A DNA stretch of 64,000 nt from the human T2T-CHM13v2.0 reference genome, Homo sapiens. The notes beneath the pieces were generated by a model. That model saw nothing but the letters and a program-made list of their open reading frames with translations, did no database searches and was not told the origin of the DNA. The stretch is from the NCBI RefSeq assembly GCF_009914755.1, contig NC_060930.1; one strand, written 5' to 3'. Numbering within the stretch: position 1 is the stretch's first letter; each line of letters begins with the position of its first letter. Of the stretch, positions 1 through 11,843 are shown piece by piece. Both the position numbers and the translations under genes were made by a program.

Positions 1-453
1 TATGCTGAACATTGAAGGATGATAAGGACAGAGAATAATTTTATTGAGCATTGAAAATTGTCTTCAGCAGAGAGGGAACATGGGGTTGGTCCCCTACCCG
101 AAAACAGAAAGTACCCCCGTGTGGCTGGTCTGGGGTCTTTTATGGACTCAGAATGGGGAGTGTGTGCTGACTGGTTTGTGAGTATGCAGAAAAGTTTAAA
201 GTGAAGACGCCACTCAATGGTGGGCACGATAGTGTAGAGAAACCAATTAGGAAAGGGTGGGTATGTATAAAATAGGTGAAGGGTGGGGACCAATCAGGGG
301 AAAGCTGAACGGCAAGACAAGTCCTCAATCTGGTCCAAGGATTTAACTTGTAGCTTGGTTTCCAGGCTTTAAACTGTCTTTGGCTTGGATGTGGGATTTC
401 ACCAGGGACCTGCCCCACCTGCGTGGGCCTTTGGCTGCCTCCTGCTGCTCTCA
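1..453 (-). mobile_element. ERV1-class LTR (LTR27/LTR28-like), cut by the window edge
   Basis: Minus strand begins TGAGAGCAGCAGGAGGCAGCCAAAGG...GGTCCCTGGTGAAATCCCAC...AAAGACAGTTTAAAGCCTGGAAACCAAGCTACAAG and has a minus-strand AATAAA near 40-46; resembles the recalled LTR27-family consensus. Confidence 0.7.
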
Positions 454-1217
454 AAACATAGATTTGCTAGGTACCAAGGTCTCAGGGAAGTGTAGTCATG
501 CCCCTGCCACCTGCCTGCCCTTCTCTCTACAGGCCCCCTCATCATAAGGAAACATCAATACTAACCCTCCTGAAAACCTCTTCGGAACAGCAGTTGTAGA
601 TGTGTTGTGGGGGGGTCAGGTTTTTCCAGGACATGTCCAAAAGCTGGCATCACACCTCTCAGTGATTGAGACACCTGCCTCAGTCTCTCGCTTCTGTTGT
701 CAGCCTTCACCAGCTTGTGTCTCAGCCACTGCACCACCGTTTCCACCAGCCCAAGGGCTTCTTGGTAGCAGGGCCTGGATGTTGTCACGATTTGCTCCTG
801 CATTTCCTAGCATGCAGCGGCTACTTCATAAACAGCTGGGTAGGCATTTGAAGGGACAAATGAAACTAATGACTCAGTGTCCTGTAATCCAGGTGAAACC
901 AGCCTCATCTAACCAAGCAAGACCAGCCTTCTCTGCATGAGGCATCTGCCCACTGCATTTAACTCTAGCAGAGGGTCCACCTTTTGTAAGCTTGGCCGAT
1001 GAAAGAAAAAATTTAAAATATGACATTTTACTGTGGTCAAGTGTCCTGAGGAATAAACAATTTATTCAACAAACATGATGTGCAAATATTTTGTTCTTCC
1101 GTGTTCTCTGACAGGGCTGCATTGAGGGCTTCACTATTTCCTCACAAAAGTCCAGTTTTGTGAGAGCTTGGGAGGCATGAGTGACAGGGAGTGAAGATAA
1201 CCAGACCCTGTAGGTAA

Positions 1218-1815
1218 GTGACAGGGACCAAAAATGACCACACCCTGCAGACAACCAAAGTCACAGGGACCGAAAATGACCTCACTCTGCAGACAACCAA
1301 AGCAACAGGGACCAAAAATGACCTCACTCTGCAGGTAACCAAAGTCACAGGGACCAAAAATGACCTCACTCTGCAGACAACCAAAGTCACAGGGACCAAA
1401 AATGACCTCACTCTGAAGACAACCAAAGCCACAGGGAACGAAAATGACCTCACTCTGCAGGTAACCAAAGTCACAGGGACCGAAAATGACCTCACTCTGC
1501 AGACAACCAAAGCGACAGGGACCAAAAATGACCTCACTCTGAAGACAACCAAAGCCACAGGGAATGAAAATGACCTCATCCTGCAGGTAACCAAAGTCAC
1601 AGGGACCGAAAATGACCTCACTCTGCAGATAACCAAAGTCACAGGGACCAAAAATGACCTCACACTGCAGACAACCAAAGTCACAGGGACCGAAAATGAC
1701 CTCACTCTGCAGGTAACCAAAGTCACAGGGACCGAAAATGACCTCACTCTGCAGGTAACCAAAGTCACAGGGACCGAAAATGACCTCACCCTGCAGACAA
1801 CCAAAGTCACAGGGA
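1218..1815. repeat. Minisatellite, 14 x 42 bp (GTCACAGGGACCRAAAATGACCTCACTCTGCAGACAACCAAA)
   Basis: Directly visible; CTG(C/A)AG recurs every 42 bp from 1245 to 1791; explains the ORFs 1218..1877 and 1142..1864. Confidence 0.97.
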
Positions 1816-4071
1816 GTGAAGACTCCACAGGAGACTGGAGGAGGGGAGCCACAGCTCTTGCCACCCAGCGAGTCTAATGAACATGCACTTCATAAATCGA
1901 ACCTCTCCCCAGGTTTCTTCTTCTGGGCCCGCTGGCTCATCCTCCTCTCCGCCCACACCCCCTCAGCTTCCCCTTTCGGCTGCCCAGCAGGCCAGCTGCC
2001 ATGCCATGCTCTGCAGAACCCAGATTAGCCGCATGAGCAGCCCTGCTTTTCTCCAGCGAGCCCGCGGTTTGGATGCCATCCTGGTGCAGATGTGCATTGA
2101 GCACCTACAGAGAACCAGGCTCACTTCTGTGCTGGAAGAAAGAAGTCATCCCCCCACTCAGGGAGCTCTCGCGAAATAACACTGCTCCTCCACAGGACAG
2201 CACCTTCTTAAATATGCGGTTCCGAGAGTGCAAAATCAGCACTCACAGGAGGACGCTAAGGCTCAGAAGATGCAGGGCACTTGCCCGAGTATAACAGGTG
2301 GGTACTAATCCGAGGGACTCATGCCCAGCACCGTAGGAAACCCATGCGATACACCACAAACAGCCAATGCTCTGTCCATTGTTCTTCTCCCCGTCGGGTT
2401 CTGCCTTCTGATGGGAGAGACATGTTCATCCTAAAAACCTTTCCTAATTTCTCTACGACCCAGTGAAGTTCCTGAAAGTCTACATCAGACGCCCGGTCTG
2501 GATGCTGGATATTGTGAGTGTGTTACATGCTGCCTTTCTATGTGGCAAATAAATTTTGTTTAGATTATCATATCATACAATTATAAGCCCTACCTTGTCT
2601 CTGCAATTATATTGCTCACATAGTCCTGGAGATCAGACACCAAACTGCCTCAGACAATCTGACATGCCTCCATATTCTCCTTTTTTCCTGTCCCTTTTTC
2701 CAATGCCATTCCAAAAGACTGACAAAATCTTGTCGGCAAGGGTGTTTTTTCTCTTTGATAATGATTTTTTAAGTCACATTATCTTTTTCTTTTGTGGGGG
2801 TGGTGGGAGGAGGAATGGGGAAAGCCCCAATCTTTCCTTTGGGGAAAGGATGACTAACATTTAATGGAAAATCGTGACAGATTCCAGTTCAACTTTTGCC
2901 TGATGCCTAGACGTAGAAAATACCATCATGATAATTTATATAAGAAAATGCCATCATGATAATTTATATAGGCAAAGAGGTAGTGCCAGCATTTAAATAA
3001 CGCCATTGCAAATCAGGTGGGTTCCCTTCCTTTAGTGTCTGATGAGCACATAAACGGGCGGCCAGATGAAAACAGCATCAATTGCTCACTGACTGCATGG
3101 CCGCTGGACCACATCTGCTGAGTCGTGCCTGAGGCCAGTGATCAGCAGAACCTGCAATGCAGAAAACAGAGCCTGCACTCAGGCAGACCGGCCATGGGCT
3201 GGGTGGGCACGCATTCTCCCTCAGCCTGTGACCCTGAGCACAACACGCGTGCCCTGGAACCTGAGTCTTCTTCCCGTACAAGGTTGTTACCGGGAATTCC
3301 ATGAAACAGCCCCTTGAAACAATCTCATAAAGGACATACCCTTGTGAGCCAGGGCTGTGGTAGAGCCTTGTTGAAGGTACTTTTCAGTGTGTGGTAGAGC
3401 CTCGTTGAAGGCACTTTCCAGTGTATTTTATTTTACCTTGGCTGGATGTCTTGTGAATTTTCTCTCCATGCTAAACACTACAGGATTAAAAACTTACAGG
3501 TGAGTACGAGAGGAGAAAGAATCCTGTTTTATGTGGAGACACCGTCCCCTGCTTGGGGAGGGTTGTGTGTCTCTGTTTTGGTAATTAAATGGTGAATAAC
3601 AGGCAGTAAATGAAAAGAGACAAGAGAATCACTCGATTTGGAGTGAAAGGCGCTGATTAAAGCATGCCATCCGGACAGGAGGAATGGTTCTGCAAGACAG
3701 AATGTGGGGAGACTCGCAGCCCAGGGACCCTGCAGGAGGAGGCCCAGGATGGCCACACTGACAGTGCACGTGGGGTCAGATGACACGCCTGCTTCTGTAT
3801 CCAGGGACAGAGGCAAGCCTTGTCTTGGCCCAGAGTCTAAGCAAACCGCAAGGAAACTGGATGAGAAACAGATTTATCATGAGGTCAAGGAGAAAATGAC
3901 CACACCCTGCAGGCAATCAAAGTTGGGCTCCTGAAGAAAACACTCCAGTAAGAAGCCAGGGTCATTTGTTTCCTGATCCAGAGACAGCCAGGCTCAGGAC
4001 CCCATGAAGCTGGACCAGCCAATGGCTGCAGCTCTGACTCAAGGCAGGCACGCTACCCAGGCCACTTTGCT

Positions 4072-4193
4072 TCCAAATCCCAAACTCAGAACCTCAGCTT
4101 CTGTCTGGTTATAACAGTCCGGGTTCCCCACTCCCAAATCCTGAACTCAGAACCTCAGCTTGTCTCTGGTTATAACAGTCCACGTTCCCACTC
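4072..4193. repeat. Two-copy ~61 bp tandem duplication
   Basis: CCAAATCC..AACTCAGAACCTCAGCTT..TCTGGTTATAACAGTCC..GTTCCC occurs twice in tandem. Confidence 0.9.
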
Positions 4194-4559
4194 ACGTCAC
4201 ATGCCAGGTCTCATCTCCATGCTCTCTTGGAATCTCTCTTTCCTCTCCCAGAACCTCACTGCTTCCTGGCCTCACGTCTTCATTCCCGTCTTTTGAGCTC
4301 TTGACTCTCATCTTATTCTGATTCCTGCAACAACTTCTCTCTGGCTTCACCCCCTTTGAAACTTTCAATCTAGAAATAACTCAACTCTTTATTTCCTCGA
4401 CTAAGACACTGCCCAGACCAGCCACTGCAAAATATCAGCCTTGAGGCAGTCAGGGTGGGCTTTCCACAAGTCAAAAGAGATTCACTGTAAATGACCTTTG
4501 TTCTCAGATTAAATGTTAGTGTTAAAATAAATGTTGCTATATGATGTCACGTTAATAGT

Positions 4560-5800
4560 CTGGGAGATTTCTAAAGATTTTTTTGCAGTGGTTGTTATTA
4601 TTTCCCCAGAAAGTTTCTCTCTCACAAATGCAGATGTACAAAAAGGGCATCTCCTCATTTACAGAGGAAGTTTCAATGTTTTTATGTATCTGCACAGTGC
4701 TTACACTCCAAGTCAGCATTGTGATAATATACTTTCATGGAATGAAATCTGCAAAAAAAAAAAAAAAAATGCATAAAACAAATTGGAACTCTCTTGAAGT
4801 CTTTACACAACGTATACATCCAGGACTGGAAATGATGTGAAGACGAAATACATAGTGAATTCTAATAAGTAATGCTGACAACTTAAGATAGTGGGGGGGG
4901 AAAAAAACTAGAAAAAAAGCAGAAAAACTAAAAGTAAATTGACATATGAAGAAGCATATTACAGGAATGGGCAATGGGCAATTGCATGGAGACAGCCCAT
5001 TCGATCTGCCTGACTTTCACAGTCATGAACTGTATTTTGAAGTCTTGCATTGTGATGAGCGGTGGCTTTTTGCTTTTAGGACATGGCTCTCCTTGGAGAA
5101 TATGTTCACATTCACTTTCTATGTGGCACTGCTCTTTTTGAAATCCTATGATTTGACGTGTGCTGACATATACATTTCCTATTAAATTTTCCCATCTTCT
5201 GTCCCATATGCTTTTACGTTGCTTTGGATACCTGGACATCCATGATGCCTGCACTCTCATCTACAGGCCGCACATTTGCTGGAAACAATGCTGGTGACAG
5301 AACAGCAGCACCGTTGTGTAAGCATCTTCTTATCCTACCCTGAACATGATTATTTTTGAGCCAGTTGGTAACTTCACTGGCTTCTGCAGGTAAATGTGGC
5401 TTTAATTCATGAAGAGTTCTTGGAGTGTCGCTGGCTGGAAGGAACACCAATGCAGGCAAATGACGCATTTTTAAAGTGAAGCTTCATCGTTGCCGTATCA
5501 CGTGGCCAATCTACTCAGCTGAATTTTCCACCAAATGCAAATTAAGACAATAACAAGGTAATAGCTCTTCCTAGCATGATGCAACTAACATCACGCAACT
5601 AACAGGACACAACTGTCCTGACTACAGCCAAAGCACACTAACCCCTTCCCCAGAATTCAGCTTTCAGGATTTCAGCATTTGGGATTTTGATCTTTCAGGA
5701 TTTATTTTTGGGACTCTAGACTTTAGGAATTTTGATCTTTCAGGATTTCAACATTTGGGATTAGGGTGTTTATTTGTCTTTCAGGATTACAATCAGTACC
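4560..5800 (-). mobile_element. Ricksha-type MULE/MuDR DNA transposon fossil (one terminus plus transposase C-terminal part)
   Basis: Terminal region 5655-5800 with reiterated TTTCAGGATTT / GGGATT subterminal motifs; adjacent minus-strand MULE transposase-like peptides; left boundary approximate. Confidence 0.8.
4960..5540 (-). pseudogene. Frameshifted MULE (Mutator-like) transposase C-terminal fragment
   Basis: ORFs 5214..5468 (RHLPALVFLP...ELKPHLPAEASEVTNWLKNNHVQGRIRR...LFPAN) and 4928..5260 (WDRRWENLIGN...IIGFQKEQCHIESECEHILQGEPCPK) read as consecutive MULE transposase segments. Confidence 0.75.
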
Positions 5801-5969
5801 ACATTTGGGCTATGCATTGTTTTTAATGGTAAAGTTAAACCTGTTTTCATATGTTATTTCATATGCATTTATTCTATAGTAAATTACCTCATTCTGTGCC
5901 ACGTTTTAAGTTTTTATCATGATGTCCATTGCTTTCTTCCTTCTTTGTTAGTTTCTCTTACAAATACTT

Positions 5970-7460
5970 TTACCAGGCTGCTCTTGATTTTTCACTTTTT
6001 TTCACATGAAAACTTTAGAATTGTACATATTCAAGCCTAAATCTTTCCCTTTGTCACGTAATTAGTTGAGTCAGACATAGAAAAAGCCTTTCCCACTTAA
6101 GATTATATAAAAATTAATCCATATTTTCTTCTACCACTTTTATATTTTATTTTCTAACATTTACATTTTTAGTCCCCATGGAATTTAGTTTGGATATAAG
6201 GTATGTAGCAGATTCTAATTTCATTTTATTAATTATTATTATTATTAACTATAGTCATTTTATGCAATACTGTTTATAAAATAAGACCTCCTTTTCACAT
6301 TGGTGTGAGATACCATCTTAATTTCACACTGTTTCCATTTATTCTTGAATATATTTCTAGATATTTCTAGAAATAGGAATATTTCTATTGCTGTGGCTTT
6401 TTAAAATTTTTTAATTTTTATTTTACTTTACTTTTAGAGATGAGATCTCTCTGTGTCACCCAGGCTGGAGTACAGTGGAGCCATCATAGCTTACTGCAGC
6501 CTCAAACTACCGGGCTCAAGTGATCCTCCCACCTCATCCTCCTGAGTAGCTGGGACTATAGACATGAGCCATCTCACCCAGCCCTCTGTGGCATTCTTTA
6601 ATGTATTAATTAGACACTTTAAAAATTGTTTGATAGTATGAATATTATTTTATTTTTCCAGAAGAACTGCAGATTATTTTTGTCATTATCTCCTAAAAAT
6701 TTATTTGAATCATAAAAATGCTTACAGGTTAACTTAAAGAGAATGAAAATCCTTATGATATGTCTTCTACATTTATTTTAACATTTTTCACTCAATTTTT
6801 ATATGTTCATGATAAAATATTTTTAACTTTCTTGTTATGGTTATTCCTAATACTTTTAAATTGTTATCGTGAATAGTTTTATTAGAGTTTATGCTTATTA
6901 CAAGTATGTAAAGATTTTTATTTAGCTCACTTATTTGCGCTAATAACTTTTCATTTAGCTCTCTTCAGCTTTCCACGTAGCTTGCTGTACCATTTTCAAA
7001 TGCCAAAAGCCTGTTTTCTTAGTTCTTGTGGTACATGCGACTTGCTTCTCTTCGCTTACTTATCGAATTCTGTAAAACACATCAAGCTGCTCTGGCCTTT
7101 GCTCTAAGTTTAGTGCCAGTGCCTCTAGAGTCTCAATGGTGACTATGATATTGTCTGATAGATTCAGATAATTATTGCCTATTAAGATGGAAAAGTACTC
7201 CGTAATATTCATGAAGTAAGATTTTGAATCTTTCTAAATGCTTTCTTGGAAACTGTCAAGATGATCATAAGTTGTGAGTTATATTAATATACTTCCTAAT
7301 ACTGGACACCTTTTGTTCCTGGAATAAAAACAGATTTGTCATAATATATGCATATTTTTTAAATGAGCTGATTTATTAATATTCCATTGCAAATATATTG
7401 TCTTTGTAGTCTTAAATGCAGTTGCTATTGCCAGGGTATTCAGTTGTTATATTTTTAAAT
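5970..7460 (-). mobile_element. Old L1 (L1M-type) ORF2 fragments
   Basis: T-rich antisense L1 signature, e.g. AAAGCCTTTCCCACTTAAGATTATAT...ACATTTTTAGTCCCCATGGAATTTAGTTTGG; boundaries approximate. Confidence 0.55.
6412..6583 (-). mobile_element. Monomeric Alu (FRAM / old AluJ right arm)
   Basis: GTCACCCAGGCTGGAGTACAGTGG...CTCAAGTGATCCTCCCACCTCA...GTAGCTGGGACTATAG; single arm only. Confidence 0.85.
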
Positions 7461-7469
7461 TATTATTAT

Positions 7470-7590
7470 TTTTAATTGACATAAAAATTATACATATTTA
7501 TGTGGTAGAGAGTGATATTTTGATAGATGTATACAATGTATAATGACCAAATCGAGGTAATTCATCACGTCAAGCATTTATTGTTTTTGA
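7470..7590 (-). mobile_element. L1MA-type 3' end fragment
   Basis: TTTTAATTGACATAAAAATTATACATATTTATGTGGTAG...ATACAATGTATAATGACCAAATC. Confidence 0.6.
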
Positions 7591-8413
7591 TATCCCTAAG
7601 GCTGTAGGTGTTTTCAAACAGAATGGATGTTTACCAGCTTCTAAAAGCATTATAGGCTCTACCACAAAGCCACCTACAAGACTAAGGTTGTTTTGTGGAG
7701 AACTTTATCATGATAATTGTGGGTTTTTTTCTTGCTGTTATTGTTTTGTTTTTGCCAACTCTTTCAAATTCTTCAAGGTTCTTGGTTTACCTATGTAGGA
7801 TTTTTATATTCAATGTTAACTCACGCATTGATCTAGTTTTACCATTGTTTAAAACAGGAGGGTAAAACTGCTAGTTACCCCATCACGGCCATGAACAAAA
7901 ATCTCTTATACATATTTTTAGGCGACCAAATGGATGGGTTGCTACTGAGTGAATGTTGGGAGTGCAACTGTTAGAAGGTAGGCATGTGTTCATCCTCTGT
8001 AGATTCTGTCAAATAATTTTCTAAAATTATTACTGGTTCAAATACCTTCACTTTCAGTTCTATCACTGACATTGTCAAATTATCTCTACAAGGAACTCTT
8101 ACTCAAGGAGAGTATTTTATCAATTTGTTTTCTGAGTCAACATGACTTATGAGAACTTCCTCTCATCTTTGCACCTGAACATCTTGGCTAGTAGGCAGTT
8201 CTACAGAGTATTTTTCTCTCATTATCTGATCATCTTTCTCCTTATCTCCTGGAATTTATTGTTGCAGAGATGCCTGCTAGGTAATCTGTTATTATCTGTT
8301 TTTAATTATTTTGTTTTTTATCAGAATGTTGAATACAACTTCTGCTGGAATATGTTTTTCTGTAACTATTCTATTAATTTGGCCCATGAAGTTCTTTCTC
8401 TGTCCAGAAATGT

Positions 8414-8444
8414 GCACACGCGTACACACACACACACACACACA
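8414..8444. repeat. Interrupted (CA)n microsatellite
   Basis: GCACACGCGTACACACACACACACACACAG. Confidence 0.9.
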
Positions 8445-8691
8445 GAACACATCTCCTACATGACACCTCTCGCCATGCCTGGCTCTGCGAGTCTTGGCCC
8501 CCACACATTTTCATTTGAGTTTCCTATCTCCTCAGGCACAACCCTCACTGCCGTGTCCTTCTTTTAGTCTGTCACAGTGACTGACGAGCTGGGCTTGCAG
8601 CATTGTTAATCATGCTCACACTGCCTCCAATAGATAATATCTTTCAGATAGCCAGTATCAGTTTTATTAGAGAGCTTCCTTTCTTTAATAA

Positions 8692-9235
8692 TTTCCACTT
8701 TTATTTTAAATTCAAGGGGTGCATGTGCAGGTTTGTTACATGGGTATACTGAAAGACGCGGTTCAGGGTGTGAATGATCTCATCACCCAAGTAATGAGCA
8801 TAGTACCCAGCAGAGGTTCTTTCAACCCTTGTCTCTCTCCCTCCTGCCAGTGGTCCCCAGCGTCTGTTGTTCCCATCCTCATATCCACATGTACTCAGTG
8901 TTCAGCTCCCACTTGAGGGTGAGCACATGCAGTATTTGGTTTTCTGTTCCTGCCTTAATTTGCTCAGGATCATGGCCTCCAGCTGTGTCTATGTTGTTGC
9001 AAAGGACATGATCTCCTTCTTCTTTATGGCTGCATAGTGTTCCATGGTGTCTATGTACCACATTTTCTTTATCCAGTTCATTGCTGACAGGCATCTCGGT
9101 TGATTCCATGTTTTTGCTATTGTGAATAGTGCAGCAGTGAACACATGGGTGCATATGTCTTCTTGGTAAAACAACTTATTTTCCTTTGGGTATAATACCA
9201 AATAATGAGATTGTTGAGTGGAATGGTAGCTCTGT
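8692..9235 (-). mobile_element. L1PA15/16 or L1PB 3' fragment
   Basis: TTTTATTTTAAATTCAAGGGGTGCATGTGCAGGTTTGTTACATGGGTATA...; ORF 8989..9300 carries the L1 ORF2 C-terminus (AALFTIAKTWNQPRC...WIKKMWYI). Confidence 0.9.
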
Positions 9236-9323
9236 CCAAAACTTCCTGTTGTCATTTCACTCCGTTTCCACTTCAGTAGGTTTCTATTTTTAGCTGACAT
9301 GTCTTCTTATATTTTATTAGCAA

Positions 9324-9618
<295 letters not shown>

Positions 9619-10194
9619 AATGGTTTCTGGAAATAATTTTCTGCATTTTAGAGAATATCTAACACATTCTTTCCCTTTGCACCTAAATATTTTAGCTGTA
9701 AAAATTTTTACATTTCTACATTTTTATTTAGATATCTTTGTAACAGGCTCAAATAATACTGTTTTCCCTTTTTATTTATTCATAAACAAGGTCATTTTGT
9801 GTACACTTCATGTGGTTATAGCAAGAATAAGTGCATTTTCCTTAGTCTCATTCTCTGTCCATTAGTAAAATGGTTAAAATCTTTTCTCAAACATAACTGG
9901 AGAGAAAGTGAGGAAGGCAGGTTTAATGGTTGATTATAATTTTCAGCTTACCTTGTACATAGAAAATGATATTATCCAGATTAAATACTTAGATGTCTTC
10001 CAAAAATTCACTCCTATAACTTCACCACTTAGAATATACTGGGTCACAGTTGGTTTTCCTGTAATTCGCGTCAACACATTTTCTAATGTTTGCAGTACTG
10101 TGTGACCTTCAGAAAATTACAGGAAAAAGAGAAGTTGGAAAGTCATCTGTCCTTCAGAATTCTACCTCGCACAGTTTCAAAGGAGTTTCGAGTG

Positions 10195-10720
10195 TGCATT
10201 ATTATGGATTGTTGCATGACGGAGTACCTGAAACTTTGTGGCTTAGAGCAACCAACAGGTGTCATCTCATAGTTCATGTAGGCCAAGAAACCATAAGGCT
10301 TCTCCACCAGTCTTCTCCGCTGGAACTGTGGTCAGGCCCCTCCTCAGATTGCAGCTGCTGCCAGCAAGGGCCCTGTTCTCTTTTGAGGATTGAGCAGGGA
10401 AAAGGTCTCGTGTAGAGTTCACAAAGAAGATGGCTGATGGGATGAACCTCAGCTCCTTCGTGGCTACTGGAAGGAGGCCTTCAGTCCTTGCCCACGCTGC
10501 AAGGAGGTCTTCAGAGTGCTGCTCACAACAGGTACATGTGCTTCCCCAGCATAAGATCTGAGAGCGCAAAAGAGAGCGGTAGCAATGGAAGGCCTCAGAT
10601 GGTAGTCACATGCATTTTAAAATCTAATGTGCAAAGTTATGTCCCTGTTTTTCTTACTTTGGCCATACTCTCTTCATTAGAAGTAGTGGGTGAAACCATC
10701 GGTCAGGGGTGAATATTACC
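10195..10720 (-). mobile_element. MLT1-type MaLR LTR (old, diverged)
   Basis: GATTGTTGCATGAC...AAACTTTGTGGCTTAGAGCAAC...ATCTCATAGTTC and later TGCTCACAACA..GCTTCCCCAG are typical antisense MLT1 motifs. Confidence 0.6.
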
Positions 10721-11748
10721 TAGAGTTGAGCACCCCTGAGATGGAGAGGGCCATCTTCAAAGCTGTCAAGCCTGGACAGTGATCTGCGCCTCTTTCTGGT
10801 TGCTTCTGTGCTCTGGCCAGGAACGTATCGGAGAAGAGCTATGAAGCTATGAAGCAACTTCCCAGTGCTTTTTTCAGGTACAACTGCCAAGAACTAAAAC
10901 TGGGGCCTTCCATGAAGAAGACTGAAGCCTTGGTTGGCTCTTCTTAATTTATCTTCATCACCACTAGTATTTATAACTGCAAAGTTTTGGTATTAGATCG
11001 TCTGTTGGTCTGAATTTTTAATGTCAAGAATTTCTGTCTTTAATTATATTTGCTGTAATGTTGGATGTAAAGCATTGCATGGATCTTGCTAGCCAGACAT
11101 TACTTTAAGCATCTTGCATTCTTATTTTTTTCTCTAGTTCACTTTTGAACTAAATGTGCTTTCTAATGAATAACTAGAATTAGGATTAGATATGTAAATC
11201 ATGGTATGTGTATGGTCTAGGAAGGACTCAAAGCAATGCTAAAAAGTATGCACATAATTTTAGGGGTAAGTTTGACTTTTATTTGTTTGTATGTAATCAC
11301 ATAATGTGATCCCAAATCCCAAATAGGATAAAGTCATATTTGACTTAGGTATGAGGGCAAATGTGGCAACTTAAGTATCCCCAGATGTTTTGCTAAATTA
11401 AAAACATAAGGCACATATGTTTAGAGTCTTATTTAGCCAGAATATATGCTACAGTTGTTATGAATATCATAAAATTACACTAATATTATGAAACAGAGAG
11501 AGAAGAAAATTGTTTGACGCAGTGGTGACTCCACTGGATCTGACCCATTAGCACGTAGTTAGGGTGTAACTGCTGACAAAGGCACAAAAGGCAGCAACAA
11601 GTGTGGTTGTTGACAGGCAGAAATGTTTATCCCTGTGTTTCCTACCTAACAGTGCAGGAAACAACAAATTCACAACATGATCACCAGTAGCATTCTTTCC
11701 GCACAGATGAAGAGACGGAATGCTGGAGCTCAGATTTGAACCCGGAAG

Positions 11749-11843
11749 CCTGACCCTCCCGCTCGCTCTTAATCCACTCTGACCCCAGACTCTCGCTCCT
11801 AATCCGCTCTGACCCTGGACTCGCGCTCCTAATCCGCGCTGAC
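11749..11843. repeat. ~3 x 30 bp tandem repeat abutting a MIR fragment
   Basis: CTGACCCYRGACTCKCGCTCCTAATCCGCT repeated; the preceding GCTGGAGCTCAGATTTGAACCCGGAAGCCTGAC is MIR-like. Confidence 0.8.

Noticed and set aside
1218-1877. 219-aa Thr-rich ORF and the 240-aa antisense ORF as genes
   Set aside because: Almost entirely the 42-bp VNTR; the + ORF starts at GTG; no signal peptide or unique domain
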